DNA of 64,000 bases from Eledone cirrhosa (GCA_964016885.1 OZ024746.1:80476001-80540000); one strand, 5' to 3'; positions 27,546-42,647 are shown, numbered from the stretch's first letter. The notes: generated from the sequence alone by a model not told the origin. A program made the numbers and translations.

Positions 27546-28605
27546 ATAGATAGATAGATATTACTGGAGCAAAGCTCCAAACAGACAGAGAGTGACTTGG
27601 TGGTGGAACAGCATTGTAGATAGCGCCATTGAAGACAAAAGACAATCATAGAAGGATTGGAAAAATGGAGGGAAGTAGAGACCGATACTCATCCGCTAAA
27701 AGTGAGGCTAGAGGCCAGGTATACTTAGCTCACAGGGAAGCTGAGAGTAGTAGGTTTGATATGTATTATGTTTGTCTATATTCATATGCACGCTTCAATA
27801 AGATATTGAAATAGAATGAATAATTACAAAATACACGCCGAGTATATACAGGCATTTGTGTGCGTGTGTGTAAGTACATGTTTGTTTGTGTGTGTATGTC
27901 ACGCGTTTGTGCTTGTGTATATATGCTTGTCTTTCTGTTCGTCTCTGTGTTTATATTTACACCTGCTTAAAAAAAAAATGACGTTTATACTCTCTCTCTC
28001 TCTCTCTCTCCCTCTCTCTAAAAAAAATGACGTTTATACTCTCTCTCTCTCTCTCTCTCTTCCTCTCTCTAAAAAAATGACGTTTATACTCTCTCGCTCC
28101 TTCTCTCTGTGTCTCCCCCCCCCTCTCTCTCTGTCTCTATGACTCGTATTTCAGCCATTTTGTAAACAGAGGTTGATAAAATAAAGTACCAAATTGAAAT
28201 TAGTAAGTAGGATTACCTACGTACTCGACTAAAACCATTATAGGCAATGTCTTCATACAAACTGCAATCCAATGACTGAAACCAATAAAATAGAACTTTC
28301 TGGTGGATACAGCTGTTTCTCAAAATAAACATGATATATTTTTGTTAGTTTTTGTTTCATAAGGCACAGGACACTGTGTACATTTATTATTCACATTTAG
28401 GTGTGTAACAACTGCTTCCAGATGGTCTATTTCGCGGTCATTAACATGGGAGAAATGTATTTGATTTGTATGTGTGCATAGTATATATGCGTATATATAT
28501 ATATGTGTGTGTGTATATATGTGTAAATATATATATAGGGGTGTGTGTGTGTAGAGAGAGAGAGGGGGGGGGCTATTGCTGTTCGGGTTACTGGTGATTT
28601 ATATT

Positions 28606-28703
28606 CCGTCAATATGCTTCATAAAAATATACATATTTAATGTGTATATATATATACGTATATATATATTAAATATGTATATTTTTATGAAGCATATTGA
28701 CGG
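28606..28703. repeat. 36-bp perfect inverted repeat around a (TA)n-rich spacer
   Basis: CCGTCAATATGCTTCATAAAAATATACATATTTAAT at 28606-28641 and its reverse complement at 28668-28703. Confidence 0.9.
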
Positions 28704-28730
28704 TATATATATATATATATATATATAGAT

Positions 28731-28773
<43 letters not shown>

Positions 28774-29985
28774 CAAATTGACAGAGCTGTTAGGGCGCAT
28801 CGAATTAAATGCTGAGTTCAAAGCAAGTCGAAATCAACTTTGTTTTGTATCAGTTTTTCTTCCTATTTTGAACTTAGATAACTGATAGCTTCGCAAAGGC
28901 TATATACGTCATATATTTTCCCTTCAATTACGTGTTAGTGTCTATGTCTATTGTAAGTAATATGAGAACTGCTTTAATTATATTGTTTAGAGGAGGTTTC
29001 TATGTATTTTCTGAATTTTATAAATCAATATAGCTGTGCTTATATCTGAAAAATCCATATAACTGAGCTTACGTGTCACGCTGGATCTCTCCGAGAGCTA
29101 TGTTGAGAGTACACCTGACTGTAAAATGCTCAGCTATTTATACGTTAAGTTCACAAGGAGGCAGTTCCGTTGATTGAATCAGCTGGAGCCCACGTCGTCG
29201 GAAAAGACAGAGCTCCAACAATAATATGTTTGAAAATAAAGTAAATGAAAAGCAACTGTTTCCCTGGACAGGGATACCACTCAAGATTCATATAAGCATC
29301 CACATCCTTCTATATCATTATATATGAATCTCCAAGTAACCCGGTTACTGTCAAAGCAAGTCGACACCGCTGACAGAAAGACCAACACTGCACAACATCA
29401 GGCCTTAACATTTGTACACGTGTGTCTAACGTGTTCCAGCAGTTGCGGCTCCCACACCAGCCTACATACACGCATGTGCATTCACTCCCGAACAACGACG
29501 AGACGATCATCGTTGCTGACGACGGGTGGCTAAAGAAAGATAGAAGAAATTATATGAACCTTTATTTTTAATTTAACCATCTCACTAATACTTCTTTGAG
29601 TCGATGACTTCATGAGCAGTCCAATGAAATAATGGTTTGACAGTGAAAAACTTCACAAATATTGATTTAAATGTCTATAATCGAATTGTCCGATACCAGT
29701 AATTAACTAATACTTCTGTTAACTCTTTCTAACATTGGCACAAGACCAGCAATATGGGAATAGGGGTGATTATATCAACCCCAGTACTTAATTGGTACTT
29801 TATTTTATCGAGAAAAAAAAAGGTGACTTCGGTTAGATTTAAACTCAGAACATAGAAAGTCGTAACTAAATTTACATATAAGTAAATACTGCAAAGTATT
29901 TACTTATTCGGGTTTTTATCCAATGAAATGATACATAGGCATAGCACAAACAGTTAATCGAAACACTACCGTATATCTTAGAATT

Positions 29986-30230
29986 AAGGAACTACATTTC
30001 TTCTTACACCGGTAACAAACGTAGTGTATGCCAAAAGGAACTACATTTCATTTTTACACCGGCGACAAACGTTGTGTATGTCATAAGGAACTACAATTCT
30101 TCTTACACCGGTGACAAACAGTGTATGCCATAACGAGTACATTTCTTCTTATACTCCCGTCAAGCGTAGTGTATGCCGTAAAGAGCTTTATTTATTCTTA
30201 CATTGGTGACAAACTTGGAATATGCCATAT
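29986..30230. repeat. About 49-bp minisatellite (5 progressively diverged copies)
   Basis: AAGGAACTACATTTC..TTACACCGG..ACAAACG..GTGTATGCCA-type units start at 29986, 30035, 30085, about 30132 and about 30180. Confidence 0.85.
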
Positions 30231-31151
30231 AGATATTATGACGCAGTTACCTTTAACGAGACATGAAACTATATGTAAATTGTTGAAAATTGACAGATTT
30301 GATACAACTATTTTGAACTTGCATTAGTTCCGGCTCAATATCTAGTCTGATCAAGAGCGTGCTGAAAGCTATTCATATGTTCCGAAATACAATTCAAATT
30401 GCTGCTCTTCAAAATAAATAAAAAAAACAATTTTACATCTGCTGATAATATTCTGTATTAATTAGAGAATATTATCATTTTAGACTACCAGAAGTAGCAC
30501 TGATTATTATTATTACACCAGTAATACACTGGGATAATTGCTGGCCTTGTGCCAAAAGTAGAAACAATTATTACTTCTTGTATTTCGTTATTTGGAAATA
30601 CGCACTGTGTTAGAAGGAGTGACATGGAAAATATACTGAGTTAAGTATCCTTAATTATTTCTTTTCATTATTATATAGTGCATGTATATAACAAAATACA
30701 ATATGGAAATAATGTAGTCAAATGATTCTTTGTGAACAGCTTTCTTTCCAAGTAAACATAAACAAACATATTTAATATCTAACGTTAAAATTTTATTTTA
30801 CTGCCTAAAGAATGTAGATATGAAGACATGAAACACACACACACACACACTCGTGTAATTGAAAATATCAATTAAAACTTAATAGCATTCTTAGATTCTT
30901 AATTTTTCTTTCAATTAATTAGTTCAGAATTATTTAGAAAATAATTTTTATATCAGATTTTACCATACAATCTTCAATATTTTTTGAGAAATTTCCCCGT
31001 AACTGAGAAAGGAAATAGCAGTTAATAAAGAGTCTAATGGCTACTGGCAATGTATATTTATATTTTACTTCTATTGTTGAATTATTACAAGTATCAATCG
31101 CATTTTCCAAACATGTATAGTGTTTTCATATCGTGTGTGATGATATAGTAC

Positions 31152-31347
31152 CAGACCTGTCAACTCTCCCCGTCGGGCGGGGATCTCCCCTACCCACTTT
31201 GATGTTTGTGAGAGATGTCTTCTCTTGTGAAAATGGGTGTAGCTTTCATTATGTAAAATCTCCCCCATTTTGCCACATTTCTCCCCGTTTTGGAGCACTT
31301 TTTTTCATGATACTCCCCATTTGGGTTTTTAGAGGTTGCCAGGTCTG
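31152..31347. mobile_element. MITE with CAG-starting terminal inverted repeats (hAT-like)
   Basis: CAGACCTGTCAACTCT ... AGAGGTTGCCAGGTCTG; no clean 8-bp target-site duplication visible. Confidence 0.6.
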
Positions 31348-34300
31348 TAGTATCTCTTTTACAAAGAGGTTCAATTTATAACAAGCTTTACTCGGATTTG
31401 AACTCTAAAATCCACCTTGGTTGGTGCTTCTTCAGAATAGTTCCCCCATCCATGATAAATACTAAACTTTGAGCCTTCATTAAAATAATGTTTGCTGTCG
31501 TAGAATTTAAAATTCTACGACAGAAGTTTTCCTAAATCTTCTATAGAAATAAATAAATAAAGTGCTTCCGCTTTGTTTGTATTGCTGTCACTCTGGAATC
31601 AATTAATTACAGGGAGCTGATTGTAATTAAACTTAAACTATAACCCTAATTTGGAATAAATATTTTGGGATTAAACTGTCTTATTTATATTAATTTGTCA
31701 TGAGGTGGGGCTATTCTTTAGAAGCATCCAGACATTTATAAGTCGTACAACATTTGTGGGAATTTCTTTTAAAGCCAATTCAGCTATTCCTGTGATAAAA
31801 ACCTGCTTGCATTGAAACCGTTTGTCTTTAAAATCCAAGTTTATAGATTTTTTTTAAAACTAAAACATTACTAGTCACTTTTTTAAATACACGTTCCTCG
31901 TAAGCTGGTAGTAATTTTTCAACGAAAAGCTTGTTTCGACATATCGAGAAAAATATCAATCATGGTATTAGGTTTCCTCTTGAACACAAGTATACGAAGA
32001 CTAAAATTAGAATCACGAAGCACAAAATAGTTACAAGTTAGTCACTTATGCTTCTTGGGCTTAAAAACTCTTAATGAGTGTCCGGTTGAACATTTTTTAA
32101 ATTTTTATTAAGTCCTCTGACAAACTTTAATCTACTGTTCTTGTTCTACAAATTGAATCGTAACTTCTCTAAATATACAACTGGACGTTTGTGCTGTGTG
32201 ATATGTCATAGTTTTAATTTAAAACCTCTCAAAATATATAGAAACGATATTATGCAGCTAAAGTTGACACCATGTTCAACTGCATTGGTAATCCACCTCA
32301 TACTTAGGAAAAGGAAATGAATGTCTGTCGTGGAAGTAGCACTTAGGAATATTTACTGGGATGTATATTAAATATTAAGTGAAGTAAATTTAGTATGTAT
32401 TGCTATATACCAGCGCAGTTCATGAAGTGAGGTAGATGTACTCGATGCAGGACGAGAGATGGTTAAAGAGTTGGTGGAAGAGTGGTAAACACATTACATT
32501 ACTGATGAGGAAACTGATTGAGTTCGGGTAACTCTGGGTGAGAGATGTCAATGGTGAGGAGGGTGGATTCTAGATAGGTACAGATAACACACTTCAGAGT
32601 GATGTTGGAATTTAATGTAGCCAGAAGAGCAGAGATGACGCAAGAGATAATAGGTGAAATATTTCTCTCGGAGAAGGAGATGTGATTTAAGTGTTAGTAA
32701 GAGGTGTATGTATGTAGGTGGGTAACTCTTTAAAATTAATACACACAGGGGTCCACTAGTGTATAGTAATGACGTTGCACTTGAGTCAATTCTGCTAGTA
32801 TATCTTTAACACATTGAAACTAAATAAGATTTTGAAATCTGTAGCGGTGTGTATAATATTCGGATAACATTACTACAAAAGAAGATAGATCTGTTATTGT
32901 AGAGTTCATTGTATTATATTGTAAATGAGACATCAATTTAAGTAGCCTACTTTGGCTTTTCCTGATCGTTAATCGATCCGGCTTAACGTTTGAATTAAGT
33001 AATTAATACGTAATTCCGTAAGCTTATTCCGGGGAAACAAGTTATTATTCATGTGCCCCCCCCCCCCCCCCCCCCGCTCCCAACGATAAAAATACGCAAT
33101 TAGTCAACGAAATAAGATTAATATTATTTAGATAATGGTGCTGATGGATAAGCAGATTTACTAGAGCATCAGACTAAATGCCTTATATATATAGTCACGG
33201 TCTTTTACAGTCTTAGTTCAAATTCATCCATCCAGCAGGGTCAATAGAATTAATCATTGGGGTTTGCTAGATCGACTGCTCCCATATCACCAAATTTCTG
33301 ATCTTGTATTCATGTTACAATAATTGTTATAAATATGGTGGAATGGCCGAATCTTAAGAGCGTAGGAAAAAATGCTCTGCAGCATTTGTTCCAGCTCCTT
33401 CCGTTCAGAGTTCAAATTCCACCGAAGTCAAGTTTGCCTTTTTTCATCCCTTTATCGAGGGTCAATAAAATAAAGTACCAGTCAAGTGTTGCGGTTGATA
33501 TTGTTGACTTTTCCCTACCTCTAGTAGGCTGAGCAACCACCCAGAGACCCTCTCGTTAGATTGTGTGGAGTATTGTAGTGAATGTGGGAGTGTATATGGA
33601 TCGTGTAGAAAAGGTAACGAAATTGGCTTCTTTGATATATCTATTTCAGTCCTGGTCTAATGGTATTCCAACCAGGGCAATATTTTCTTTTATATGATAT
33701 TTAAAACTGAAAGAACTTTTGTAAGTCCTTAGTAAAGTTCCTCTCATATGTTATACCCTTGCCTCGAAATGTGAGACTTTTTTCCTCTGTACGGATGTTT
33801 ATGGATTCACAATTATAAAGGATACAATGCTGGACTTAGGTGAAATATATATTTTATTCTTTCACACACGAGGCTAATTTATCTTCACAAAGTTGACCTA
33901 AAAACTGTTGATAATTACATGAATATGGAAAAGAAAGATAAAAACAAAATTAAGTAATGAGAAAAAGAGGAAGGGGTAAAGAAGGGCAAATCTGGTTGTA
34001 TGGGAAAATAAAGGAAGGACTATGAATGCCATAAATAGGAGGGAAAAGGACTCATGGACCACAGAAGAGAGGAAGGGAGGAATGGAGAGGGTGGTGGACT
34101 CTGGGCCTAGGGCGGGCGGTGTTTGGGCTGCGCCTCGCAGACAAGACTGCAAAGGCAATATATAATTAAAATGAAATTGAAGAGACGACACAAAATTACG
34201 ATTTATTGCGATAACATTTGGCGAATTGTCAAGATGGTATCATGTAATCTCACCTTCCTGGCTATATTAGATGCTTAGTTTGTACAAATCCCATTACAAG

Positions 34301-34544
34301 CTTTATTTTTTTATGATAGCTCCCAGTACGTGTTTTCGTTTACTTTGAATCTATAGTTGATAAACATTTCCCTTAAAATTCTTTGGTTCAAATTATTTTA
34401 TGTTTCTACGTGTATCAAGAATCCATCTGGTTGTGTGCATAAAATTCCAGTTCTCTTAAATTTTTTAAAATGTACGAATGAATAAACTATAATGGCTAAA
34501 TAAGAAATTCTGTGACGCGTGATAAACTCTGTCAGCGAACATTA

Positions 34545-34725
34545 ATTGGTTTGGCAGTATCGGCAGAGCGTCAGACACCATGCTTTGCAGCACAGAGTTA
34601 TGGCCCTTTACATTGAGTTAAAATCCCATCGATGTTAGTAGCGTTGCCTTTCATCCTTACGGGATCGATAAAATAAAGCACCAGTGATAATTGCTGGCCT
34701 TGTGCCAAAATCAGAAACTATTAAT
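34545..34725 (+). mobile_element. Family-D SINE (further degenerate copies about 33335-33520, 44590-44740, and on minus 29735-29860, 37590-37730)
   Basis: Same A/B-box and TCGATAAAATAAAG core. Confidence 0.75.
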
Positions 34726-35374
34726 TCGTAGACGCAACTTATTATTTATAGTTAAGTTGTGGAACCCCATGTTTAGTAGGATAAGGCCTATAAAGATATT
34801 CCAGCCATGACCACCTAGTATTTTAAAAGTCTATGTAGATTGTTCTTTAAAACTGTATGGTTTCTTCTGTTTTTTGTTCCAAGTCAGTCAAGTTAGTAAA
34901 CCCATTAGAAACGTTTCAACCAATCTTTTTTCAGTTAGAGCAATGTTATCTAGAACTATATTACACAATATGTCGTTCCACGTTTAAGAGAGCTTTAGTT
35001 ACTATTTCTAACAGGTCGAACTTCCATGTAGAGGCACCTCGTTGGTTCATGTATAGTTAGTATTTTTTTTTTCAGGCACTCTTATCCAGTTTTTTAGGCT
35101 ATTTTTTCCATTCTTTGAAAGAATTCTGTAAATGATTCCAAAGATGGCCATCACCCAAGTCTTTAGCTCCAGGTCAACTTTGATTGAGCAGACACTTGAT
35201 CAAAGACGTTTCCGAAGTGACCATCCCGTCTATATCCTCGACCAAACTCTCTGATCTGTCTTTTAAGATTGTAGAGTGAGATATAAGGGAAATTTGGCGA
35301 CCATATAGAGGCTCTCATAGTGGTTCATTGTGTGTGTGTGTGTGTGTGTGTGCCTGCCTGTCTCTGTCAGTGTG

Positions 35375-35650
35375 ATGGTGTGTAGCTTAGTGGTTAGGAT
35401 TGTTCGATTCTCAGTGGCGCCTTATGTCTTCGAGCAAGACACTTTCACGTTGTTCCAGTTCACTGAGCTGGAAAAATTAGTTGTGCTTGTCATTAAAAAG
35501 GCTAGCCTCGTCTCACACTGTCACACTGAATCTTCCTGAGAACTATATTAAGAGTACACGTGTCTGTCGAGTGTTCAGCCATTAATTTCACAAGCAGGTT
35601 GTTGTTTGAACAACTGGAAGACTCATCGTTGGAAACGGCTGCAGTCCAAC
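35375..35650 (+). mobile_element. Family-E tRNA-derived SINE
   Basis: Homologous to 59565-59870 (minus), 29060-29220 and 51600-51985. Confidence 0.7.
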
Positions 35651-35829
35651 ATACACACGCATTTATCTGTGTCTGTATACAAAGTCTCAAACTAGCTTAA
35701 TAAACGTTTCTGATGGAAATAGGTTGAATCAGATAAGTTACAAGAATAGGGCTATGTATAATAATTGTCGTATCGTTGTTTCATACAGTCCATTGCATAC
35801 GCATACATGCAAATGTACACACGTATGCA

Positions 35830-36200
35830 CGAGCACATACATGCACATATACACACACTTGTACGTGCACATACATGCACATATACACACACTTGTACGT
35901 GCACATACATGCACATATACACACACTTGTACGTGCACATACATGCACATATACACACACACTTGTACGTGCACATACATGCACATATACACACACACTT
36001 GTACGTGCACATACATGCACATACACACACACTTGTACGTGCACATACATGCACATATATACACGCTTGTACACTCACATGAACACATGCACATACGCTT
36101 GTATATACACATGCACACACGCTTGTATATACACATGCACACACGCTTGTATATACACATGCACACACGCCTGTATATACACATGCATACACAAACGCAC
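35830..36200. repeat. CA-derived 34-36-bp and 24-bp minisatellites
   Basis: CACATACATGCACATATACACACACTTGTACGTG units, then ACACGCTTGTATATACACATGCAC units. Confidence 0.9.
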
Positions 36201-38026
36201 GCCTGTACACTCACATGAGGCCATATGCACACATACGCATGAACACGCGCGCACACACGCATGCACGAGCATTAGTCGTAAGAGAGTCAATCCTTTAATC
36301 TCCCGCCATCTTAAGACATTAAGTAGCGAAACGCCGCGTTATGTTGATTAAAACATAATTGTATAATGAACGTGTAGGCATGGGCGAGTGGGCAAGAAGT
36401 TCACTCTTTAATCATGAGGTCAAGGGGTCGATACCAAACCACTGTATTTTATTTTATTATTGGGTCGACCCAAAGAATGTATCTCCAGCCCAGTCACAAA
36501 TGTTTGCAATGATAAAAATCAAATATTGGACAGAGAAGGGGTAGCGGCAGACTCTACACCCCAATCTAGGTAGCATATTTCAGTTGCACCCTGTGGACAA
36601 AATAGCGAATGTATTGCCCCGGGAAATAGCTAGTGATATCCGCTGCATCAGACACTCCACCTTAGGGATCTCCTTAGTCTGGCAGGATGCACTCTTTTCA
36701 ATATAGTGGATGAAAATGGCAGTTCGGTGTTCAAAGACACCAGAGGTCTCGGGTGGTACTGTGCCCCTCCCCCCTATTTTAATGGCGCACCTTCAGATTT
36801 AGGAAAATTTACGTTGATATGCTTATTCCAAAACTCCAATTTAGAACTATTGCGAATAAAAGTACTCTCCCAGAATGTTCCGAAACCCCAACCCCTGAGT
36901 ACCAAAAACTGATGACGGGCCTGAACTCAATAATCATCGTCGAAGCAGATGTAGGTTCCATCATAGCTGTATAATGAAGTTACAATCATTAAAGTACCAT
37001 TTATTTCCCCTTGTATGCTACACCATCACCACCCTCATCATCATCATCATCATCAATGCCGTCAACATGGTGTCGTTCCCTGCTATTGACTTTGCATTCA
37101 TCTGTTGCCTTACACTACTAACGAGAGATACAGAGAGCGCGAGAGGTGGGTGGGAATTGGGTTGTATTAACCCATGACCGGAACCTCTAGGTTCTCTGGT
37201 ACTCCGAGCCTCGTTTAACTACAGCCCTAAGGCACATGCAATAATAAATAAAAAAGACAAATAAAGGGCCCTTAACTCTTGAGTGTCGTCAATGTGCCGT
37301 CATGATATAAGGTGCGTTCTGAGCATTTTACACTTGGCGGAGCCCACCCATCGATAGGTCAGAATAGCTGATTTATATTCTTTCAGAAATAGAAAGAGTG
37401 TATGTGTGAGTTGATAGGAAGAACCAACCCCAATACTGGATGGTACATTATTTATCGACTTTGAAAGAATGCAGGAAAATTTAATATCGGCATGATTTGA
37501 ACTCAGAGCGCAGTGCTTCAGCTAAAATAAAGACTAAAAAAAATAAAAAATTCCTGATCCCTGCAGGGCTCACAAGCTTCAACCTTATGAATAATTGTTT
37601 CTACTTTTGGCACAAGGCCAGCAATTATCCCAGTGTATTACTGGTACTTTATTTTATCGAACCCGTAAGGATGAAAGGCAAAGTTAACCTCGGTGGGATT
37701 TGAACTCAGACATAACTCTATGCTGAAAAGGGTATGAATAATATGGTCTTGCGTGGGAGGGGTGATACTAAGACACAACAGAAAAGAAAGATTGAAAAAT
37801 TAAACGAGCGTAAGAATATACTTCGTTAGAGAAAGTATGTTTATTATTAGGGGTGTCGATTTAATCGACTTTCCCCTCTCCCCAAATTACTGGCCTTGTG
37901 TCTATAGTAGAAACCATTATTAGATAAAGAGAGATAATATTAAATATAATAAGAATATAGTGTAAGTCAGTGAGTGACAAATAGATGGAAAGAGAAAGGG
38001 GTAAAGGTCATGAGCTGTATATATAT

Positions 38027-38057
<31 letters not shown>

Positions 38058-38067
38058 CTATATATAT

Positions 38068-38230
38068 AGGAACGAGTAGGACCCCGACGGCTGAGCTCAA
38101 GCCGTTTCGTCGAAACGGCTTGAGCTCAGCCGTCGGGGTCCTACTCGTTCCTATTACCCACTCTACTACCCTAAGTATTGAGTACTTTGGTGCGTTATGG
38201 TCCACCTGGTTCCTTACCACATTTCCTTCG

Positions 38231-38232
<2 letters not shown>
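38068..38232 (+). mobile_element. Family-A element with a perfect fold-back 5' end
   Basis: 38067-38109 pairs with 38111-38153 (1-nt loop); about 79-nt unpaired tail; (TA)n on both sides. Confidence 0.88.
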
Positions 38233-38272
<40 letters not shown>

Positions 38273-39380
38273 ATGTGTACGAATACGTAAACATGCATGT
38301 AAGTAAATGTGCACACACATATACAAATATAATATATGCATGTTTAGATGTGTATGGGTATGTATTTATATTTATACATGTATAAACCATGTATTAGTGT
38401 ATTTGTGTGTGTGTGTGTGTGTGTGTTTAGAGACAGAAATCGTGTATTTTGTGTGTGTGTAAACATACACGCAAATGGTGCGTATTCACATAATGATAGG
38501 GGTGGGGAAAAGGATGGATGCGGATAGGAGTTTAATGGTTGTTGTAGAAATGGTGGTGGTGATGTTTCTGTAGTGAGGGGTGATGCTTCTGTGGTAGTGG
38601 TGATGTTTCTATGGTAGTGGTGGGAGTGATGATTATGATGCTTGTGTAGTAGTAGTAGTAGTGGTGATGGTGGGATTTTGAGGTGGAGTGGAGGGGGGAG
38701 CAATGGGTGACAAGAAGCAATCTGAAATGAAGCGTTCTCGCTGGTCATCTGTGAAATTAGATTTCTCGATGTCCACAATACGTTTGCGACACGCTTGACG
38801 CTGGACAATCAGCTTTAGACGAACACTAATCAATCATCTTGTCCGCTTTGATTTTCCTTTTATTTCTCCACAACGAACGGAGTGATGGTGGGAGACGAAT
38901 GCGATTAAATATGTCGAAAAGTTTCGATTCTCTTAATCGGTCAGCCATAGATAGACCGAGCTAAACTATGCGATGTTTAGATTAGTGGCGGCGTAAGCAA
39001 GCATTAGTTACGTCTTTACGTAAGTGTGGAGGTGTATGTGGTAGATGTGTTGATGGTGGTAAGGGTTGGTTCTAATGTTTTTATCTCGTTCTTCTTTTTC
39101 TTCTATTTTGTCGTTCCCTTTTCTATCATTTTTCGATTTTTTTCTTCGCTTTCGTAATTTCTTTTTTAATTTTTATCAATTCTATTTCTTTCAATGTTCT
39201 CACTATTTTCTTTCTTTCTTTCTCAATCTATTTCATTCTTTGTTCAGTTTTCATAATTTTTATTTTATTAAAAAATATTTGCCTTGGAATAAAACAGCGT
39301 GTGTGTGGAAAAAAGTCTGAAAAATTAATAAACGGGGTGGGGAGACCATTATTCGAGACATGAGAGTATGTATGTATGTA

Positions 39381-39601
39381 AACTTGGATAACTCCTCAGT
39401 AGTTACCGATGATGTTGATCTTTTCTTCTTTTCGGGTTATAGCTACTGTCGCTCAGAGAGTGGGATTGGCTCAGTGCACAGTCTTTCTTCACTTTAAAAA
39501 AATCTTCACTCACAGGCATTGCACGATGGCATTAATTGATAATCATTAATAATGTTATATCGTGCAATGGCCATACTCGATAACGAGGGGGCAGCTATCA
39601 T
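39381..39601 (+). mobile_element. Family-C retroposon, 5'-truncated
   Basis: Reverse complement of about 9445-9655; TGCA/TATG-type tail. Confidence 0.75.
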
Positions 39602-40164
39602 GCATGCATGCATGCTTGCATGTATGTATGTATATGCGTATATAACCAAGCGATGAGTTGGCAGTTGTTAATATGTCCAATAGAATGTCTTACGGTATTC
39701 ATTGCGATTCTTTGCGCTCTGAGTTTAAATCCCTATGAATCAACCTTTGATGTTTAGTCCCCCACCCCCTCTCTACTAGTGGTTATGGTGGTAATGGTAG
39801 TGGTCATAGTATTTTATACTTGTTTCTAATTTTGTACTTTTTGTCTTTCCCTACACGAAACAGGAACTAGCTCTTACCTGTCATCAAGTTATATAACTGG
39901 GGAAATGCCCGGGACCACCAATGATCGATTTGTTCCAGAATATCATCGTCCACAATTTATCCAGATTTACTCAGCAAAACCTCCAGCTGCTCCCACGGGC
40001 TCTAATTCCTCAGCCAAGACTCGATCGGTAATATCAATTGTTTTCTTGTTCTGTTTAAATTGGTTACATATAGATATCAGACCTATCACTTTAAGATAAC
40101 TGAAACTTGAACATATTTGTGTGTGTATATGTGTGTGTACTTGTGTGTCTGTATGGGTTTATGT

Positions 40165-40305
<141 letters not shown>

Positions 40306-40465
40306 CTTATTATTATTATTATTATTAGTAGTAGTAGTAGTAGTGGAGATTAAGTTTAAGCAAACAATTTCAGCATTCACCCTTTTTTCAAGATCTTTTG
40401 AAGACCTCGAGTAAGGGTGAAACTTAATATTTACAAATAAATTATAAATATTCCATTATCCCATG

Positions 40466-40499
<34 letters not shown>

Positions 40500-42080
40500 C
40501 GTGTTCCTGCACCAACCATAAGATTCCACATCTACGATGGATGATTTGCATAACGTTGAGAGCTTTTGTTATTCCATCATGGTCTGCTCATCGGAATGAC
40601 CAGATCCCCTCCATGAGTTAAATCATTCAAAATAAATGGTATATACACGTTGTATTTATTTAGCTCTAGTTCAGCCTCACTGAAACATAGATTCAATCGA
40701 AGTATTCCACTCATGACCACCCCGTCTTCTTTTAAGTATTGTGTGCCACTGTTTACGCTATTGACAGTATCATTTTTATTTGAAGACTGTATTTTGAGGG
40801 AGATTTGGCTCCTATTTCCAGTCGGTTGAGAGACTCTTGATGCTCGCTCATTGACTCTTATATAGACGTTTGTCCTGATAAGTAGGTATAATTGATATGT
40901 TTGAATTATATTTCATTCAGTTAAGTATATCCCTCTTTGTATTTATAAACCATTGGATTATTAACATAGTACTTGAATCTGTATTATATTTCTTTTCGGA
41001 ACGGAACGAAAGGGATCGGTGATGTGATAGCCGTTTGAAATAACGTTTGTGGTGTATTAAATGGTGATATTACTTTGAAGTGAAGGAAGGAAGGAAGGCT
41101 TGTTCTCTTTTTGATTCAAAAAGAGAAATGGTAGTGGTGGCGGAACGAAGAAAGAGAAATGAAGTTAGTTTGATGGAAATTTCTGTGAAGACAAGACAAT
41201 TCCAGTGTGGAGCAATTTGGTAAAAGCATTAGTCATGTGAAATGTAAGGAAACAAAACGAGATGAGATGAGTATGTAATGGTAAGATTGATAGATTGACG
41301 ATGGGAGATTTTGATTTTAAACACAACTAAATCGAAAGCGGCGAGGCTCTCAGATGCAGACGCCATGATAGATAGAGCAACGATACACGAAAGCGAAGTA
41401 AGGGTTTTTATCAATTAATCTAAACAATGTTAGTGATGGATGAAGTGATGGTACGGATGTTGGCAGTGTTGGTGATGGTAAGGATATTATACGAACAAAA
41501 TTTACACACAAGGAACATATTGGATTTTCACTGAGGTTAGATGGCTACAAAGAGCTAAATAGTTTTTGACTTTGAAGTAGAAAACTAGTTTTTCTTCATC
41601 GCTGATTTATCTGTGTTAAAGATATATAATTTTGCAAGTAAGGTCACATGAGTAACATGGCAATGATGGAGGTTTCTTTGAGGAGCTTGTTATCTACTGA
41701 GATATGTAGAGGGAGGGGGAAGATGGCATGGGTTCTCAAACGTGACTAGGTTATCTCAACCCCCCATTGTAGTTTGAAGAAGACAAGGTTTTCGATGATG
41801 GAAAAATGTAATGTAACCGCTGATAACCTAAGAAAGGATTCTTGTTTGGTAATAATGATGGACAAGATCAGATAGTTACGTCATCCATAAAGACAAGAGC
41901 TGGAATATAAATTTTAGAGTGGCTAATATAAACGAATAGCCATGTTTCTATTTAGTCGATATATTTACACGCATAGACACACACACACACTTTTCGTGTG
42001 TGTGTGTTAGCACGCACGTTATTCACTGCATATATATATATATATATACACTGCATATATATATATATACACACACACAC

Positions 42081-42224
<144 letters not shown>

Positions 42225-42647
42225 GTTCAATCGATATAATTACATCGGTAAAACATCTAAAGAACATGAAATGTTAGCTAATAGCTGTTAAGACTATTAA
42301 ACAATCATTTATTGTTGCAGTCACACAGTCTGTAATGACCATCCGTAACGCTCTCGTAGTCGTTACGAGGTGGAGAAGAGGTCAACAGAAACGGTCTGCA
42401 CCAATGGCTAGAGCATAATTACATCAGCTCTGTTAAAGTTCATCGTATCAAGCTGTGATGGCTTCCAGTTGCAAGAAGTTGCAGTGAATATATTCTTATA
42501 TAAAAGCTGCCAGGACGCTTAGACATCACAAATTAAGGAAACAAAGGAGTAGACGCTGATGCGTATGTGCACACTTGTGAGTATGTAGGAGTATGTTTAT
42601 ATATGTATGTACGTATATATATATATATGTATGTATGTGTATATATG

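Noticed and set aside
31495-31523. Small hairpins (also 41103-41127)
   Set aside because: Short AT-rich palindromes with no other support; not terminators in this eukaryotic context
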